NCBI GenBank assembly: GCA_964016885.1
Contig: OZ024749.1
Location: 2,728,001-2,792,000, forward strand
Length of the DNA: 64,000 nt
Source of the DNA: Eledone cirrhosa
Lineage: Eukaryota
Direction: 5' to 3'
Under the pieces are notes generated by a model. The model was not told the origin of the DNA. It saw only the letters and a program-made list of their open reading frames with translations, and did not search any database. This document shows, one piece after another, positions 29,136 through 43,263 of the stretch. The position numbers were made by a program, and so were the translations under genes. Position 1 is the stretch's first letter, and the number at the start of each line of letters is the position of its first letter.

Positions 29136-30395
29136 TGTGTGTGTGGAGATGGGTTCTCAGTTGATTTCAACGATGAACATTCAACTGATCAACCGAACGT
29201 CGAACCCGAGTTAACGTGTGTGGTTGAGTATTCCACGGACATATGTATCCCTAACGTAATTCATAAGCCGTGACAATATGTGACAAGACTTACAATACAT
29301 CCTACCACCTTCCACACACTTTCTGTCGACAAAGTTTCACCTAGAAAACTTTGGTCAAACTAAAAGACACTTGCCCAAGATTCCACTCTGTGGGGTAGAA
29401 CCAAGAACCTAGTGATTGGGAAGTACAATTCTTAGTCATTCAGCCATGCTTGTGCCGCCGCCATTGAAGACAGTGAAATCAATATAAATAATCAATATCT
29501 GATCGAATCCAACATCAATAAAAACTGGTGTATCATCGAACAAGGAGTGTGAAAGGAAATATGAGCTGAAGAAAGCGGTTTTTGTATTGAGAACTGACGT
29601 ACATAACCCCTAAATATTCCTGTAGCTACATCAGCGTTCACTCGAAATCGAGTATGACTTAGTAGTATGGGCGTTGCTTTTATTAAAGGTTTTAGGTGGC
29701 TCTGTACTGTTGCAAGCACACATGGACACACTCTTGAACCTCCAGCGAGAACATACAAGATGAAACAAGTAGCTGCACCCGGCCACATCTGGGTCTTGTA
29801 ATACCTAAACTAAAGACAGTCCAACTATAATCAACATCAGCAAACTGAAAGGTGAAGGAGTTGTACAGTTCTAACTGGTGAACTAGAAACAAACTCTATG
29901 GCAGTTAAAGAAGGCGTCTATCATCTCATTTGTAATTAGTAGACCCGGAATAATATGCAAGGATTTCTTTAAAGCTAAAGGTATGTTCCATAAAACAACA
30001 ATACTAGCGACTGTATGTCTTGTTGACAGCGAAATTAAAGATTTTGTGCACAAACCATTTATAACTGGTACAACTGTAATGATCAGAACAGTCACTTCTG
30101 TAAAGATATTGGCAGACGACCTATGAGGATGGACATAGGGACGTTCTAGAAAATAGCAATACAGAGAGAGAGAGCGAGAGGGTGAGAGGGTGAGGGGATA
30201 AAGAGACAGGGAGAAAAGAAAGAGAGACAGAAGGGGAAGAGAAAGAGGGAAGAGAGAGGGGGCATAGTGAGGGGAGAAGAGAGAGGGAGAAGAGAGAGAG
30301 GCGAGAGAGGAGGAAGAGAGAGAGAGGGGAAGAAAGAGACAGGGAGAAGAGAGAGAGACAGGGGGAAGAGAGAGAGAGAGAGAGAGAGGGAGGGG

Positions 30396-30437
<42 letters not shown>

Positions 30438-30477
30438 AGAGAGAGAGAGAGGGAGATTAAACAGCTTTCATTATAAG

Positions 30478-30660
30478 TTTGATTGGCAGTATCGGTAGAG
30501 GGTCGGACGCCATGCTTTCCAGCATAGTTACGTCCCTTTACGATCTGAGTTCAAATCCCGCCGAGGTTGACTTTGCCTTTCATCCTTACGGGGTCGATAA
30601 AATAAAGTACCAGTAATGCACTGGGTAATTGCTGGCCTTGTGCCTAAAGTAGAAACAATT
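30478..30660 (+). mobile_element. SINE family 1 copy, plus orientation
   Basis: TGGCAGTATCGGTAGAG...GAGTTCAAATCCCGCCGAGG...CTTTGCCTTTCATCC. Confidence 0.85.
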
Positions 30661-30954
30661 ATAAGTTTGTTCAATCAAGTCTGATCGCTAAACAACGACA
30701 ACAAAGGAACGTGAGTAATCATAATAGGATACAAGACTATGTATACAGGTATATAACCGATATTAAATGATATTCCGTCGGTTTCGACGATGATTAACGT
30801 ATAAGTGCTGAGTTTGTTTCTCCAGACAAGCGACATGACCCTTTAACCCAATTTTCAAATAGAATCAGAATGACACAGAACATAAATCAGTGTGAAAAGG
30901 TCAGTTGTTTGAATCTGTTTTTAATTTACTCGCCCAAATAAGGCAAAAAGGCTA

Positions 30955-31320
30955 CTTAATACAAAGGGTTACTGAAAAAGGGAAAAGACAAGAGAAAGAT
31001 AACATAATCCCAAGCAAGGCCACTAAAATTAAAGGGTTTACTGAGTAGGGAAAAGGTCAAGAGAGACAGGACATAGTTCATGAAGAGAGAAAATGACGAT
31101 TGTTGTTGCTTTTGTAGTTTTGCAATGTGCAGTGGTCGGGAAAGCAAGAAGACAGAAAAGAATTCCAGAGGCGAGATGTATTACGGAAGAAACTATCAGA
31201 ATAGAATTTGCGATTACATTTAGGAACTTCAGTTGTAAAAGGAATGAGACTTAGCTGTAAATCCGGTGTTTATTTAAACCCATGGAGATGAGACATCAAA
31301 GGAAAAAGCTCATCACAATA
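30955..31320 (-). mobile_element. CR1/L2-like LINE 3' fragment
   Basis: Minus strand SFFRNTSRLWNS...CFP C-terminal motif. Confidence 0.55.
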
Positions 31321-32439
31321 ACAGAATTACACATACAGGCCTTTCGACGTGTTTTCAAAGCAATTCCACCTACCCACTTTTACTCACGACTTGGGTCAAC
31401 CTGAGGCTTTAGTAAAAACACTTGCACACGATACTACGCAGTAGGATCAAACCCGGAACCCCCATGATTCCGAAGCGGAATTCTGAACAATTCGGTCATG
31501 CTGCATAATATAATATAATATAATATAAAAAGAAAATCTACATCAATTATAAGAACAACTAGAAATAAACTAAAAGAAAAGGAAAAAGAAATCTTTAGAA
31601 ACAAACATCTCTTTGAAAGTATTCAAAATGGCGAAATTAAATAATGAGAAAATTGAAAAACAAAACAAAAGAACTAAAATGTCAGCTAAATTCTGTCCAT
31701 CGTGTAGACAAAGTGATTGGTTGACATGGAATATATGACACAGCTCGCCTGACTCTTTAATAGTTTCAAGTAATTTACTTCTTCTTCTTGTCCTCCTTCT
31801 TCATACTGTTTGATGTCCTGTCAAGATTTTTTTTCTGCATCCATTTTACATTTGTCAGCCGATCTAAGAACCAACAGCAATATAATTGTTTCTACTTTAG
31901 GCACAAGGCCAGTAATTACCCAGTACATTACTGGTACTTTATAATGTCTATGTCTAGTATCACCTATTTTACGACTATATCTGTGTGTTTGTGTATTTAT
32001 ACGTATGAATGTGTGAATGTATATGTGTGTTTTATATATGTGTGTATGTATGTATGTATGTATGTATGCGTGTATGTGTGTGTGTATGTGTATGTGTGTA
32101 CGTATGTATATATATATATGTATGTATACATGCATGCATATATGTATATGTGTGTATATATGTACCTATGTACGTATATCTGTATATATATTCATGTGTA
32201 TATATACGTATACCTATACAAATATATCATTTAAATATCTATCTATCTCTCTCTATACATATATGCATATATACATATATATAAGTACATATATATATAT
32301 ATATATATATGTATGTATATATATATACGCACATGTATATACACGTATATATATATATACTGTATATATATATATATACACGTACATATATTTATATATA
32401 TGTACATATATATTTATAAACACACACACATATAAAGTG

Positions 32440-33230
32440 AGGAGAACCCTAGACGTGTTCTTGCTGGCAGGTGTGGGGTAGGGCTTCTCAGTACGAAGTC
32501 GGCAGATGGTCTGCCAGAACACTTTATTTGCTGATCTGAAGTCGGATTCTAGCTTAACCCCAAAGTCCTCCCATGTCTTAACTTTGGGCGTCTTTACTGT
32601 CTCCGTTGCGATCCTCCGAGTTCGCTTGTACTGCATGTGCCAGAAAGAGGACTTATTTCCAAGCTAAGCTTTGAAAGCCTCTTTCTTTGCTCAGAAGACG
32701 TCTTCGTCCTCTTGATTGAACCAAAGGGTCTTCCTGCCATTCGGCGCCACACCAACTCTCTTTCCCCCGCAACATTTAACAGCTGAAGCAGAAACTCGTG
32801 TACTGAACAATCTCCACTTTTTCTCAACCTCCTCAGTTTGCAGAATTTGGGTGCAATAATATCTGCAAACCTGGTCCTGACTTCCTTATCCACCAACGCT
32901 TCCCACTTTACCCTGTAGGTCGCCCTGGATACCCCAATTTTATGGGCTTCTTTGGCTTTAGGTAGTTTCAAGATGATCAGTTGACAGTTCAGCCCCTCTC
33001 TTAACACGAACATCCAGTACGGAATCAAAATGATCAAAGACAATAACAAAATCAATTATTGATCTCTGTCCCAGATTCTCCATGTATATTTATGGATGTC
33101 TCTGTGCTGGAAGAAGGTGTTCATAATAGAGAGTCCATTGCTAGAACTGAGGTCTAGTAAAGCCACTCCATTTGTATTTAGATCGGGGTCGTCATTCCTT
33201 CACTCCTTTCCTTGTCAGGTGGTCAGTACC
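32440..33230 (-). mobile_element. RTE-clade LINE internal fragment
   Basis: KTWEDFGVKLESDFRSANKVFWQTICRLR, upstream RVKWEAL and an endonuclease-like NTFFQH motif. Confidence 0.7.
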
Positions 33231-33786
33231 AATATGTGTGTCTGTGTGGGTGGGGGTGTATTACTTTCTCTGTATATTTCTCTATGTATTCATCACTTTG
33301 CCTATCATATATATACATACATACATACATATACATACATACATATATATATATATAGTGAAAAATGGAACGGGAACAAAACATATATATATATATATAT
33401 ATATGTGTGTATATATATATAAACGATAAAGATGCCATAACTCCTTCTGGAGTGGTAGAGTCACCGTCATATGGTGTGTCTAGGGCAGTTTTAAACCTGG
33501 TGGAGCCCAGATAAAGACCCCCATAACTCCTTGTCGAGTGGTAGAGTCACCGTCATATGGTGTGTCTAGGGCAGTTTTAAACTTGGTGCAGCCCAACCCT
33601 CTCCAGGTCTGAACACAGACGATTTTTTCTATAGAGGAAGAATCGACCTTAGTTCTGGACTGGTACTTTTTTCAATCGACCTCGAAAGGACGAACGACAA
33701 ATTTGACCCCGGTGGGATTTGAACTCAGAGTGCGCACTGGGGTGGGACGGACGCCGTCTTTACGTCACTGCCAATTCACTACCTTG

Positions 33787-33838
<52 letters not shown>

Positions 33839-33841
33839 ATA

Positions 33842-33902
<61 letters not shown>

Positions 33903-34033
33903 ATATATTTATATATATATATGTGTGAGTGTGTGTGTGTCTTATTGTCTATGTTGGAATTATATTATTAGTCATATTTTTATATATTCTCATGTCATCG
34001 GCAACATATTGTCATAATTCAATATACATACAT

Positions 34034-34091
<58 letters not shown>

Positions 34092-34389
34092 ACATATATA
34101 TATATATATACATTTATACACACACCGAGATATACGTATGTAGAGAGAATAGTGAGAGAGAGTGAGTGAGAGAAGAAGAAAAAGAAGCCTGTAGAAGCCA
34201 TTGTATGAGACAAGGAATGGCAGACGACAGGAAATGTTAGAGGATGGGGTGGGAGTGAAGTATCTATTGGTCACTGAAATAATCCACTTGACAGAACCAT
34301 GTTTTTTATATTCCATCTCTTATTCTTCTCTCACTATCTTCCTTACAACGTCTCTATTTCAATCCAACTTCAACTATCTCGTTATCCTA

Positions 34390-34810
34390 GTCTCTCTCAC
34401 TCTACCTTCCTCTCTCCCCTACTCTCTTACTGTCCCACTTTCTACCAGTCTCTCTCACTCTACCTTCCTCTCTCCCCTACTCTCTCACTGTCCCACTTTC
34501 TACCAGTCTCTCTCACTCTACCTTCCTCTCTCTCCCCTACTCTCTCACTGTCCCACTTTCTACCAGTCTCTCTCACTCTACCTTCCTCTCTCCCCTACTC
34601 TCTTACTGTCCCACTTTCTACCAGTCTCTCTCACTCTACCTTCCTCTCTCTCCTACTCTCTCACTGTCCCACTTTCTACCAGTCTCTCTCACTCTACCTT
34701 CCTCTCTCCCCTACTCTCTCACTGTCCCACTTTCTACCAGTCTCTCTCACTCTACCTTCCTCTCTCCCCTACTCTCTCACTGTCCCACTTTCTACCAGTC
34801 TCTCTCACTC
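34390..34810. repeat. CT-rich minisatellite, unit about 58 bp, about 7 units
   Basis: Unit CAGTCTCTCTCACTCTACCTTCCTCTCTCCCCTACTCTCTCACTGTCCCACTTTCTAC. Confidence 0.9.
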
Positions 34811-35694
34811 CCTTCCTGTACCTTCCCCCCTCTCTCTCTCACTACATACCTCTACCTTCCCCCCTCTCTCTCTCACTACTTCCCTCTACCTTCCCCCTCT
34901 CTCATTACCTCCCTCTACCTTTCCCCTCTCTCTCACTACCTCCCTCTACCTTTTTCTCTCTCTCACTCCCTTTACCTTCTTCTCTCTCTCTGACTCCCTT
35001 TTCTCTCTCTGTTTGTACAGCCCAAGTAAAGACGGCTGTGTGTATGCGCATGTGTATGCGCATGTGTATACGCATGTGTATGCGCATGTGTATACGCATG
35101 TGTCTACAGCAGTAATAATAATTGTTTCTAATTTAGCTACAAGGATTAAAAGCAAAGCTAAACTCGGTGGGAATTTAACTGAGAACGTAAAGGGCCGTAA
35201 CTCTGTGCTGCCAAGCATGTAGTTGGACGCTCTACCGATTCTGCCAATCCGTCAAATAATAATAATAATACTAATAATAATATTGGATTTAGGCACAGGG
35301 CCAAACACTTGGGGGGGGGGGGGGGGAGGAGACGACTAAATCGACCCCAGTGCGTGACTGGTACTTTATTTTATCGACCTCGTAAGGATGAAAGGCAAAG
35401 TTAACCTCGGCGTGATTTGAACTAAAACCGTAAAGGGCCGTAACTCTATTCTGCAAAGAATAGTGTCCGATGCTCCACCGATTCTGCCAATCCACCGCCC
35501 CTAATAATAATAATGATGATGATGTATCTACAAGAGAGATGTTCTGACAACTATAAACATGTATTTTAAACATACATTCGACTACACGGCTAGGAATAAC
35601 ACACACACACACACACAGACACACACAGATACACACATACACATAGACACACACAAACACACACACAGATAGACACACACACACACACACACAG

Positions 35695-35735
<41 letters not shown>

Positions 35736-36257
35736 AATTAATAAAAACAATGAATAAAAACAAAGAACAAGTTCCTTATATTAAAAAATTCATCATTACG
35801 TATATACGTAGATAGGAAGTGGTATATTTGTGTGTATACGCACATACTGTTGCTTCACGAATAAGACACACACATACACACACAACTTACATACACACAA
35901 ATATGTATTACACATCCACACACACACATACACACTGAGGCACTTGTATAAATCTGATAAATATATTGATCACGGTATAGAACACGGAGAACCGACCAAT
36001 GAAAGCACACTTAAACTCTCAATGAATAAATAAATATTAACACACATTGAGCATGCGCATTAAACACTACTAAATTAATTACCAAAAATATAACCAAACC
36101 AAACGAAACAAGAAAAACAGCAGTCCAACAACAACAACATCAACAACAACATCATAAAATACAAACAAAACCCATTCTGCGCATGCTCTAATGCTGAACA
36201 ATGTCAAAGTAAGTTTTCACCAACAATTTAGCGGCCATTTTAAAGTTCTGTACGTAC

Positions 36258-36536
36258 CGTCGGGCGATGTAAACGCTCAAAAGTATAACAAGTATGACAA
36301 ATAGGGTTAGGAATACACCCAACACTATAAGAAGTGTATCGGTGTTGCTGAGACTACTGCCAGTGGCGGGTTCGGCCACAACCAGGGCTGGGAAATTGAC
36401 GGTCACATTAACCAACGTCCGACGGGGTGGATGGCCTCCATCGTCAACTATTATCATTAGCTGATAGGAACTCTTTTTTAACATGCTTGGCTCAGCTATT
36501 ATCCGGATCTCTCCGTCTTCTGTCACTTTGAAATAT
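36258..36536 (-). CDS. Cadherin-superfamily exon: end of last EC repeat plus transmembrane helix
   Basis: YFKVTEDGEIRII...YQLMIIVDDGGHPPRRTLVNVTV...LLIVLGVFLTLFVILVILLSVYIARR; acceptor TTCATTCCAG|, donor CG|GTACGT; phase 2-2. Confidence 0.92.
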
Positions 36537-36809
36537 CTGGAATGAAACAGAAATAACAAGCAATGATATAATATAACATAATATAACATAATGTAATGTA
36601 AATTTGATATAATATAATTGTTTCTACTTTAGGCACAAGGCCAGCAATTACCCAGAGTGCATTACTGGTACTTTATTTTATCGACCCCGTAAGGATGAAA
36701 GGCAAAGTCAACCTCGGCGGGATTTGAACTCAGACCGTAAAGGGACGTAACTATGCTGCAAAGCATAGGGTCCGACCTTCTACCGATACTGCCAATCCAC
36801 AAATTTAAG

Positions 36810-36891
<82 letters not shown>

Positions 36892-36976
36892 AAAATAACA
36901 GATAATATATATTTGATATATATTTATCCTTATCGAGCCCCCTTTGGATTTTAATCTTCACATTTATTATTATTAC

Positions 36977-37013
<37 letters not shown>

Positions 37014-37045
37014 TTATTTATATATATATATATATAGAGAGAGAG

Positions 37046-37204
37046 ATATGTTGATTTAAAACTGCACTATTCACAAGTGTTTTTTAACCTTCATATCATG
37101 TCTCCCTATTTTATCTGACGAAAACGCAAATGTTATTGCATGATGATATTTGTTTTTGAAAAGGCATAATAAAATACATGGAACTCTTTTAACCATCTTT
37201 TGAT

Positions 37205-37208
<4 letters not shown>
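37046..37208 (+). mobile_element. Single-arm copy of the 13750-14100 family with a damaged hammerhead (37107-37176)
   Basis: Closely matches 13932-14100; helix III reads GAAAAGGCATA instead of GAAATGCGCATA. Confidence 0.85.
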
Positions 37209-37273
<65 letters not shown>

Positions 37274-37431
37274 GTATTAAGGATACTATTTATGGTTATG
37301 TATATACTAAAACTTTTTATAGTTATATATATTTTAAACCCTAAACAGTGAAGGTCAGTAACTTATTACTACCTTATTACCAGTAAGATAAATAGCTCAA
37401 TGTAATAACATCAGTTGTTCTACAGAGCAGT

Positions 37432-37857
37432 TATATAGAATTCACAGGAATCAAAGCTATGTTCAAGGCATTTATTAGCTTACAATTGTTTCATCCAAAC
37501 CGATGCTTGGAGTCTTCGGAGCATTTTTCAATGTTTGTATAAATACATGACCTCCTTTCCAACGCATATATATATGTATATATTGATGTACAGTGGGGTA
37601 ACATATATTATATTATTTCTGAATGGCAATTTAAATTCAAAAATTAAATTGCCATTCAGAAATAATATAATATATGTCACCCCACTGTACATCAATATAT
37701 ACATATGTATCTGTATGTCTCTTGCGTTGGAAAGGAGGTCATGTATGTATACAAACATTGAAAAATGCTCCGAAGACTTCAAGCCTCGGTTTGGATGAAA
37801 CAATTGTAAGCTAATAAATGCTTTGAACATAGCTTTGATTCCTGTGAATTCTATATA
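37432..37857. mobile_element. Palindromic element, about 200-bp arms and 9-nt loop, with a hammerhead variant at 37767-37811
   Basis: Arms about 37432-37634 and 37644-37857; GCT-CCGAAGA-stem-GAAA-CAATTG-TA-AGC followed by AATAAA. Confidence 0.85.
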
Positions 37858-38481
37858 TATTTATATATATTTAAAGGTTAAACAAGGTTCAATGAATAAA
37901 TCAATGAATAACGTTTTATAACTACACCCAAATATATATTTGATATTTTGATTAATTGACTATTTCTAAATAATTTAACGATTCGAAATGAATCATTCAC
38001 CAAGCTATGCCCAAATATATATTTATATATATATTTTTATATCATCTAATTATACGCTGTTTATCCATGACAATACAAGTCTCCCTCCCTGTGTTTTATA
38101 CTATAAAACTTATTTTTTTCTCCTCTTCTCTCTATCCTTAATCAATTTTCTTATGCTTTCGTGCATAAGATAATTCTATATTTCTAGTCATTCTCACTTT
38201 CCTCATCTGTTTCTCTCTGTCTTTCACTTCCTCTTTCTACAATAATGTGTTATCCATATATTACTTTATTTAAATTTCTAACAGTTTTGTAGGTTTATAT
38301 TATATTAGTAGTTATTTATTATGTATCTTTATAAGCTTTCTCACACGCACCCTCTGTATTATATGTAATTTTTTCATGTCTCAATCTTAAGGTATATAAA
38401 TATTGAGTTTTGTCCTAACTTATTCACTGCCAAGACTGAATTTTAACCATCAACATAGTCAAGGTATGTCAAGCATCATCT

Positions 38482-38548
38482 TATTTTATCTGATGAGGAC
38501 GTACTGTTGAAAATAGCTCAGTACCTTTGAAATATGTATAATAAAATA
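38482..38548 (+). ncRNA. Minimal hammerhead motif related to the 60.4-kb element
   Basis: TATTTTAT-CTGATGA-GGACGTACTG...CAGTACCTTT-GAAA-TATGTA-TA-ATAAAATA. Confidence 0.7.
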
Positions 38549-38589
38549 TACTTGATCACACGAATGTCTATATTTGTTAATATTTTGAA

Positions 38590-38645
<56 letters not shown>

Positions 38646-38711
38646 ACAAAGGGTTAGCATCAACAAAAACATTATGATGACACAGGATGAAAACCTAGAC
38701 TGTATATGTGT

Positions 38712-38826
<115 letters not shown>

Positions 38827-38919
38827 TGTATGTGTGTGTTGGTGCGTGGGATTTGCGTGTAAACAAATTTAACAATGTTAAAAAGAACGATAACAATGAA
38901 GTTAAAACAAAGGGGATTC

Positions 38920-39790
38920 CTCAATAGGGCGGAGATGTTCAAGGTTCACTAGTGGAAACCCTCATCCCATAGAACTAAGGGTGCCCTGATCACTAGAGTA
39001 AGTGGTCTGTCCCAGTTGTTCTCCAATCTACTGGCGCACACTCAGAGTGAACCCATTCAACAAACTGTTTGGAGCGCAGCCCTTTCCTCTATACTCTGAT
39101 TTTTCTCTTCAATTGAAACCTGTAAAAGCTAATCAGGGCTTCGCTGAAGAGGAAAGAGTTCGTCTTCAACCTTTTCAAAGAATTCACATTACAACCTCTT
39201 TCGCAATGGCCACCAGACAGAGAAAAACAGTCTGCCCTTCCTGACTAAAGGAAGGTAGGGGTGGCGACGACTTCACAGTGGATTCAATTGATAGCTGGAT
39301 TCGTCCTACATGCGACAGGTGTTCGACATTAACCAATAGGCCAGCACTACTCGGACTCTCAACGAGTGCATGTAGGACAGTTTCGTCGCCCTGCATCTTG
39401 GACAGACATGGCTGACGGCACTTCTATGCCTGTAGAGTTTATCCCAAACTGACAAAGTTCCACGATAGCATTGCCAGGCTGGGATTTCTGGAAATTATCC
39501 ATGGGTGCTGGACTGAAAGTTCTCCCCAAAAGAATGGCTATATGATTTTTGTCGATGCGCAGAGTTTCCCCAAGAACGTCCTCGCTTTTTTCCGACACTA
39601 AACCTGTATAGAACGCCAGATGGAATTTCCACCGATGGTATTGCCTGATAGAGGGCTGTGAGCGCGTGAAGACATTCCAGTTCCCTAGCGCCCTCTCTCG
39701 GTCTTCACTTGAACCAGGATTGGAGCTCCATTAAGAAGCCGAGTTTGGGAAACAGGTGTCTAGTGAACGGCGACCACATCTGTTAACAGT
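38920..39790 (-). mobile_element. L1/Tx1-like LINE C-terminal fragment
   Basis: Minus strand DETVLHALVE...FLCLVAIAKEVV; resembles a degenerate zf-RVT region. Confidence 0.55.
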
Positions 39791-39854
39791 TAAGAAATAG
39801 ATGGAGATGTTTGTAGGTAGTGTGACATTTGGATGCAATAAATCATCGTCATAT

Positions 39855-40270
39855 CACCACCACTACACCATACCACCACCACTACACCAAACCACCACCA
39901 CCACCACTACACCATACCACCACCACTACATCATACCACCACCACCACCACCACCACTACACCATACCACCACCACCATACCACCACCACCACCACTACA
40001 CCATACCATCACCACCACCACTACACCATACCACCACCACTACATCATACCACCACCACCACCACCACCACTACACCATACCACCACCACCACCACTACA
40101 CTATACCACCACCACCACCACCACTACACCACCACCACCACTACACCACACCACCACCACCACTACACCATACCACCACCACTACACCATACCACCACCA
40201 CCACCACTACACCATACCACCACCACCATACCACCACCACCACCACTACACCATACTACCACTACCACCA
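39855..40270. repeat. (CAC/CCA)n-rich low-complexity repeat
   Basis: Direct inspection. Confidence 0.9.
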
Positions 40271-40528
40271 GTGAGGTGTCACCAACACTCTGTATATGAC
40301 AAGTATCACAGATTTTCTGACAATAAGGTTTTGTAATTAATTTTCACCAATCCTCTACAATCTTTATTAAAATCTTGCATCGTCAACTCCTACAGTTGTC
40401 TTCTCTCTCTCTCTCCTCCCTCACTCCCCCTCTCCCCTCACCCCCTCTCTCTCACCCTCCACTCTCTCTCTGAATATATGTGACAGCACAAATATATTTC
40501 ACAAGTCAAAGGTCAATAGAGACAGAAC

Positions 40529-40628
<100 letters not shown>

Positions 40629-40867
40629 ATACATGTATATATGCGTACCCCCCCCCCCCCCCCTCACCTATATATATAATTATACATATGGAGAGATTGA
40701 CGTGTCAACTAATTCCTCGAAAATGATATATAGGTGTGATATGAAATCAATATCTTAGAAATATATCTTTAATATTACATTTAAATATTCCGAAATATCC
40801 AATCAAAGGTTCCAACATAAGAAGCTTCATTAGAAGAATTGGCCAGAGGTGAAGCAGAGGAGAGAAT

Positions 40868-40976
<109 letters not shown>

Positions 40977-40999
40977 GTAATAATAATAAATTTGAAGAC

Positions 41000-41150
41000 T
41001 AAAATCCAATGTGGAGTCTAAAAGACAACCACACCCAATTTAAGTTACACTGGGAGATCCTAGCTAGGGCTAGATCGTATAACGGAAATAAAAGACCATG
41101 TGACCTCTGCGCCGCTGAGGCCCTGGAAATACTCTACGCCACATTAATCT
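41000..41150 (+). pseudogene. Second Penelope-like GIY-YIG C-terminal fragment
   Basis: WSLKDNHTQFKLHWEILARARSYNGNKRPCDLCAAEALEILY. Confidence 0.75.
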
Positions 41151-41159
41151 GTTATTTTA

Positions 41160-41199
<40 letters not shown>

Positions 41200-41339
41200 G
41201 GAAAATAATTGTTTCTATTTTTAGGCACAAGGCCAGCAATTACCCAGTACATTACTGGTACTTTATTTTATCGACCCCGTAAGGATGAAAGGCAAAGTTA
41301 ACCTCGGCGAGATTTGAACTCAGATCATAAAGGGACGTA

Positions 41340-41848
41340 ATTTCATTTCTCACTCTTAGTGCGGCTGATAAGTATGTATACGTACATACATATATGTATA
41401 CAGACGTACAGTAGTATGTATATATATACATACATGCACACATATATATATGTACGTATGGGTTTACCGAACATTTATTATAATGTTCGGTTTGTTTGTA
41501 AACAAACAGCCCGAATTAAGCCGTACAGTGTTCAGGCGACCATCGTCGCCTTTTTGTTCAACACTGACACAGGAACGATGTACTAGTTTCAAGCTTATTA
41601 GCTATCGTCAGCATCGTATACCTTCCTGCCAGATGATTGAACGTCTGAAAGTATATACTTTCCTTATGCATATAAAGGCGACGATGGTTGCCTGAACACT
41701 GTACGGCGTAATTCGGGCTGTTTGTTTACAAACAAATCGAACATTATAATAAATGTTCGGTAAACCCATACGTACATATATATATATATGTGTGCATGTA
41801 TGTATATATATACATACTACTGTACGTCTGTATACATATATGTATGTA

Positions 41849-41853
<5 letters not shown>
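41340..41853. mobile_element. Palindromic element (about 175-bp arms) with a hammerhead in the loop; abuts a truncated SINE at 41207-41340
   Basis: Arms about 41375-41553 and 41675-41853; same family as 59278-59900, 60045-60240 and about 47897-47960. Confidence 0.85.
41576..41616 (-). ncRNA. Minimal type I hammerhead ribozyme
   Basis: Minus strand CGATG-CTGACGA-T-AGCT(AATA)AGCT-T-GAAA-CTAG-TA-CATCG. Confidence 0.75.
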
Positions 41854-41930
<77 letters not shown>

Positions 41931-41932
41931 TA

Positions 41933-42007
<75 letters not shown>

Positions 42008-42067
42008 GTATATATATATATACATATATATATATATACATATATATATACATATGTATATATATAT

Positions 42068-42290
42068 AGTTATACTTTGGGAGGTTCATGCTGCCAATAA
42101 AACCACACGCACAGAATGTGTGACGAAAGAGGTTTGACAATATATAAACAACCTTCCGGTTATCGAACCAACCAGCCGGAAATTCAGGTGCGTGTGAAAA
42201 ATTCGGGATCCCGACGGCTGAACTCCTGCCTTTCAATAGCTAGATCACGCAGGAGCTCAGCCGTCGGGGTCCCGAATTTTTCATTTTACC
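42068..42290. mobile_element. Short rearranged copy of the 26.8-kb family plus an internal GC-rich hairpin (about 42196-42283)
   Basis: GTTATACTTTGGGAGGTTCATG...CACACGC is joined directly to ACAGAATGTGTGACGAAAG from the opposite arm. Confidence 0.7.
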
Positions 42291-42500
42291 TATACTCTAT
42301 ATACATATAGATTAGATATGTAGGCAAAATAAACAACACGTCATTGAGTGGACGCCTGCTGTGGGCTTAGAGACCCCGTTTCACACCAATAACTGCTCCT
42401 TCGTTGCTTTCAGCCTTATTCAGATTTATATTTATCCCTGCATGTCTAGATATATAAGCAGCGTCAGATACAATGTGTTGTGGTAGTATTCTAGCTGTCT

Positions 42501-42538
<38 letters not shown>

Positions 42539-42709
42539 ATCCCGGGTTCAATCGGGGTAACAACAGTAAGTAAGGTACTCAATACATAGATTATATACGA
42601 TGTTTAATATAGAAATGGCTTCTACGGCACTAGAACTGCTTCATTCGAAGGAAATCGTTAGGAAAGCCTGATAATTTCCTTCGAATGAAACAGTTCTAGT
42701 CCTGCAGAA

Positions 42710-42753
<44 letters not shown>

Positions 42754-42895
42754 CATATATAAATATACATATATATACATATATATATATAAATATACAT
42801 ATATATACACATATATAAATATACATATATATACATATATATATATAAATATACATATATATACACGGGTGTGTATGATTGTGTATAGAAGATTA

Positions 42896-43263
42896 TATTA
42901 ATAAAAGGAATTCCAACTTTGTCTGATTTACTCGTTTTATTTACAATCCTTTAACATTTATAATGAAATAGTATGGTAGAATATTAAATGTTAAGTGTTA
43001 ATTGAACAAGTACTTTCATGCTTTCGCAATCTTCAGGTTCAATTCTGTGGTGACAGTCAAGTTTGCAATTTTCAACTGTGAAAATTGCAAACTTGACTGT
43101 CACCACAGAATATGTACCTGAAGATTGCGAAAGCATGAAAGTACTTGTTCAATTAACACTTAACATTTAATATTCTACCATACTATTTCATTCTAATACC
43201 ATTATAAATGTTAAAGGATTGTAAATAAAACGAGTAAATCAGACAAAGCTGGAATTCCTTTTA

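Noticed and set aside
29480-30150. Non-repetitive segment, possibly a decayed transposase or an exon
   Set aside because: Stops interrupt the frames and I found no motif I can name with confidence.
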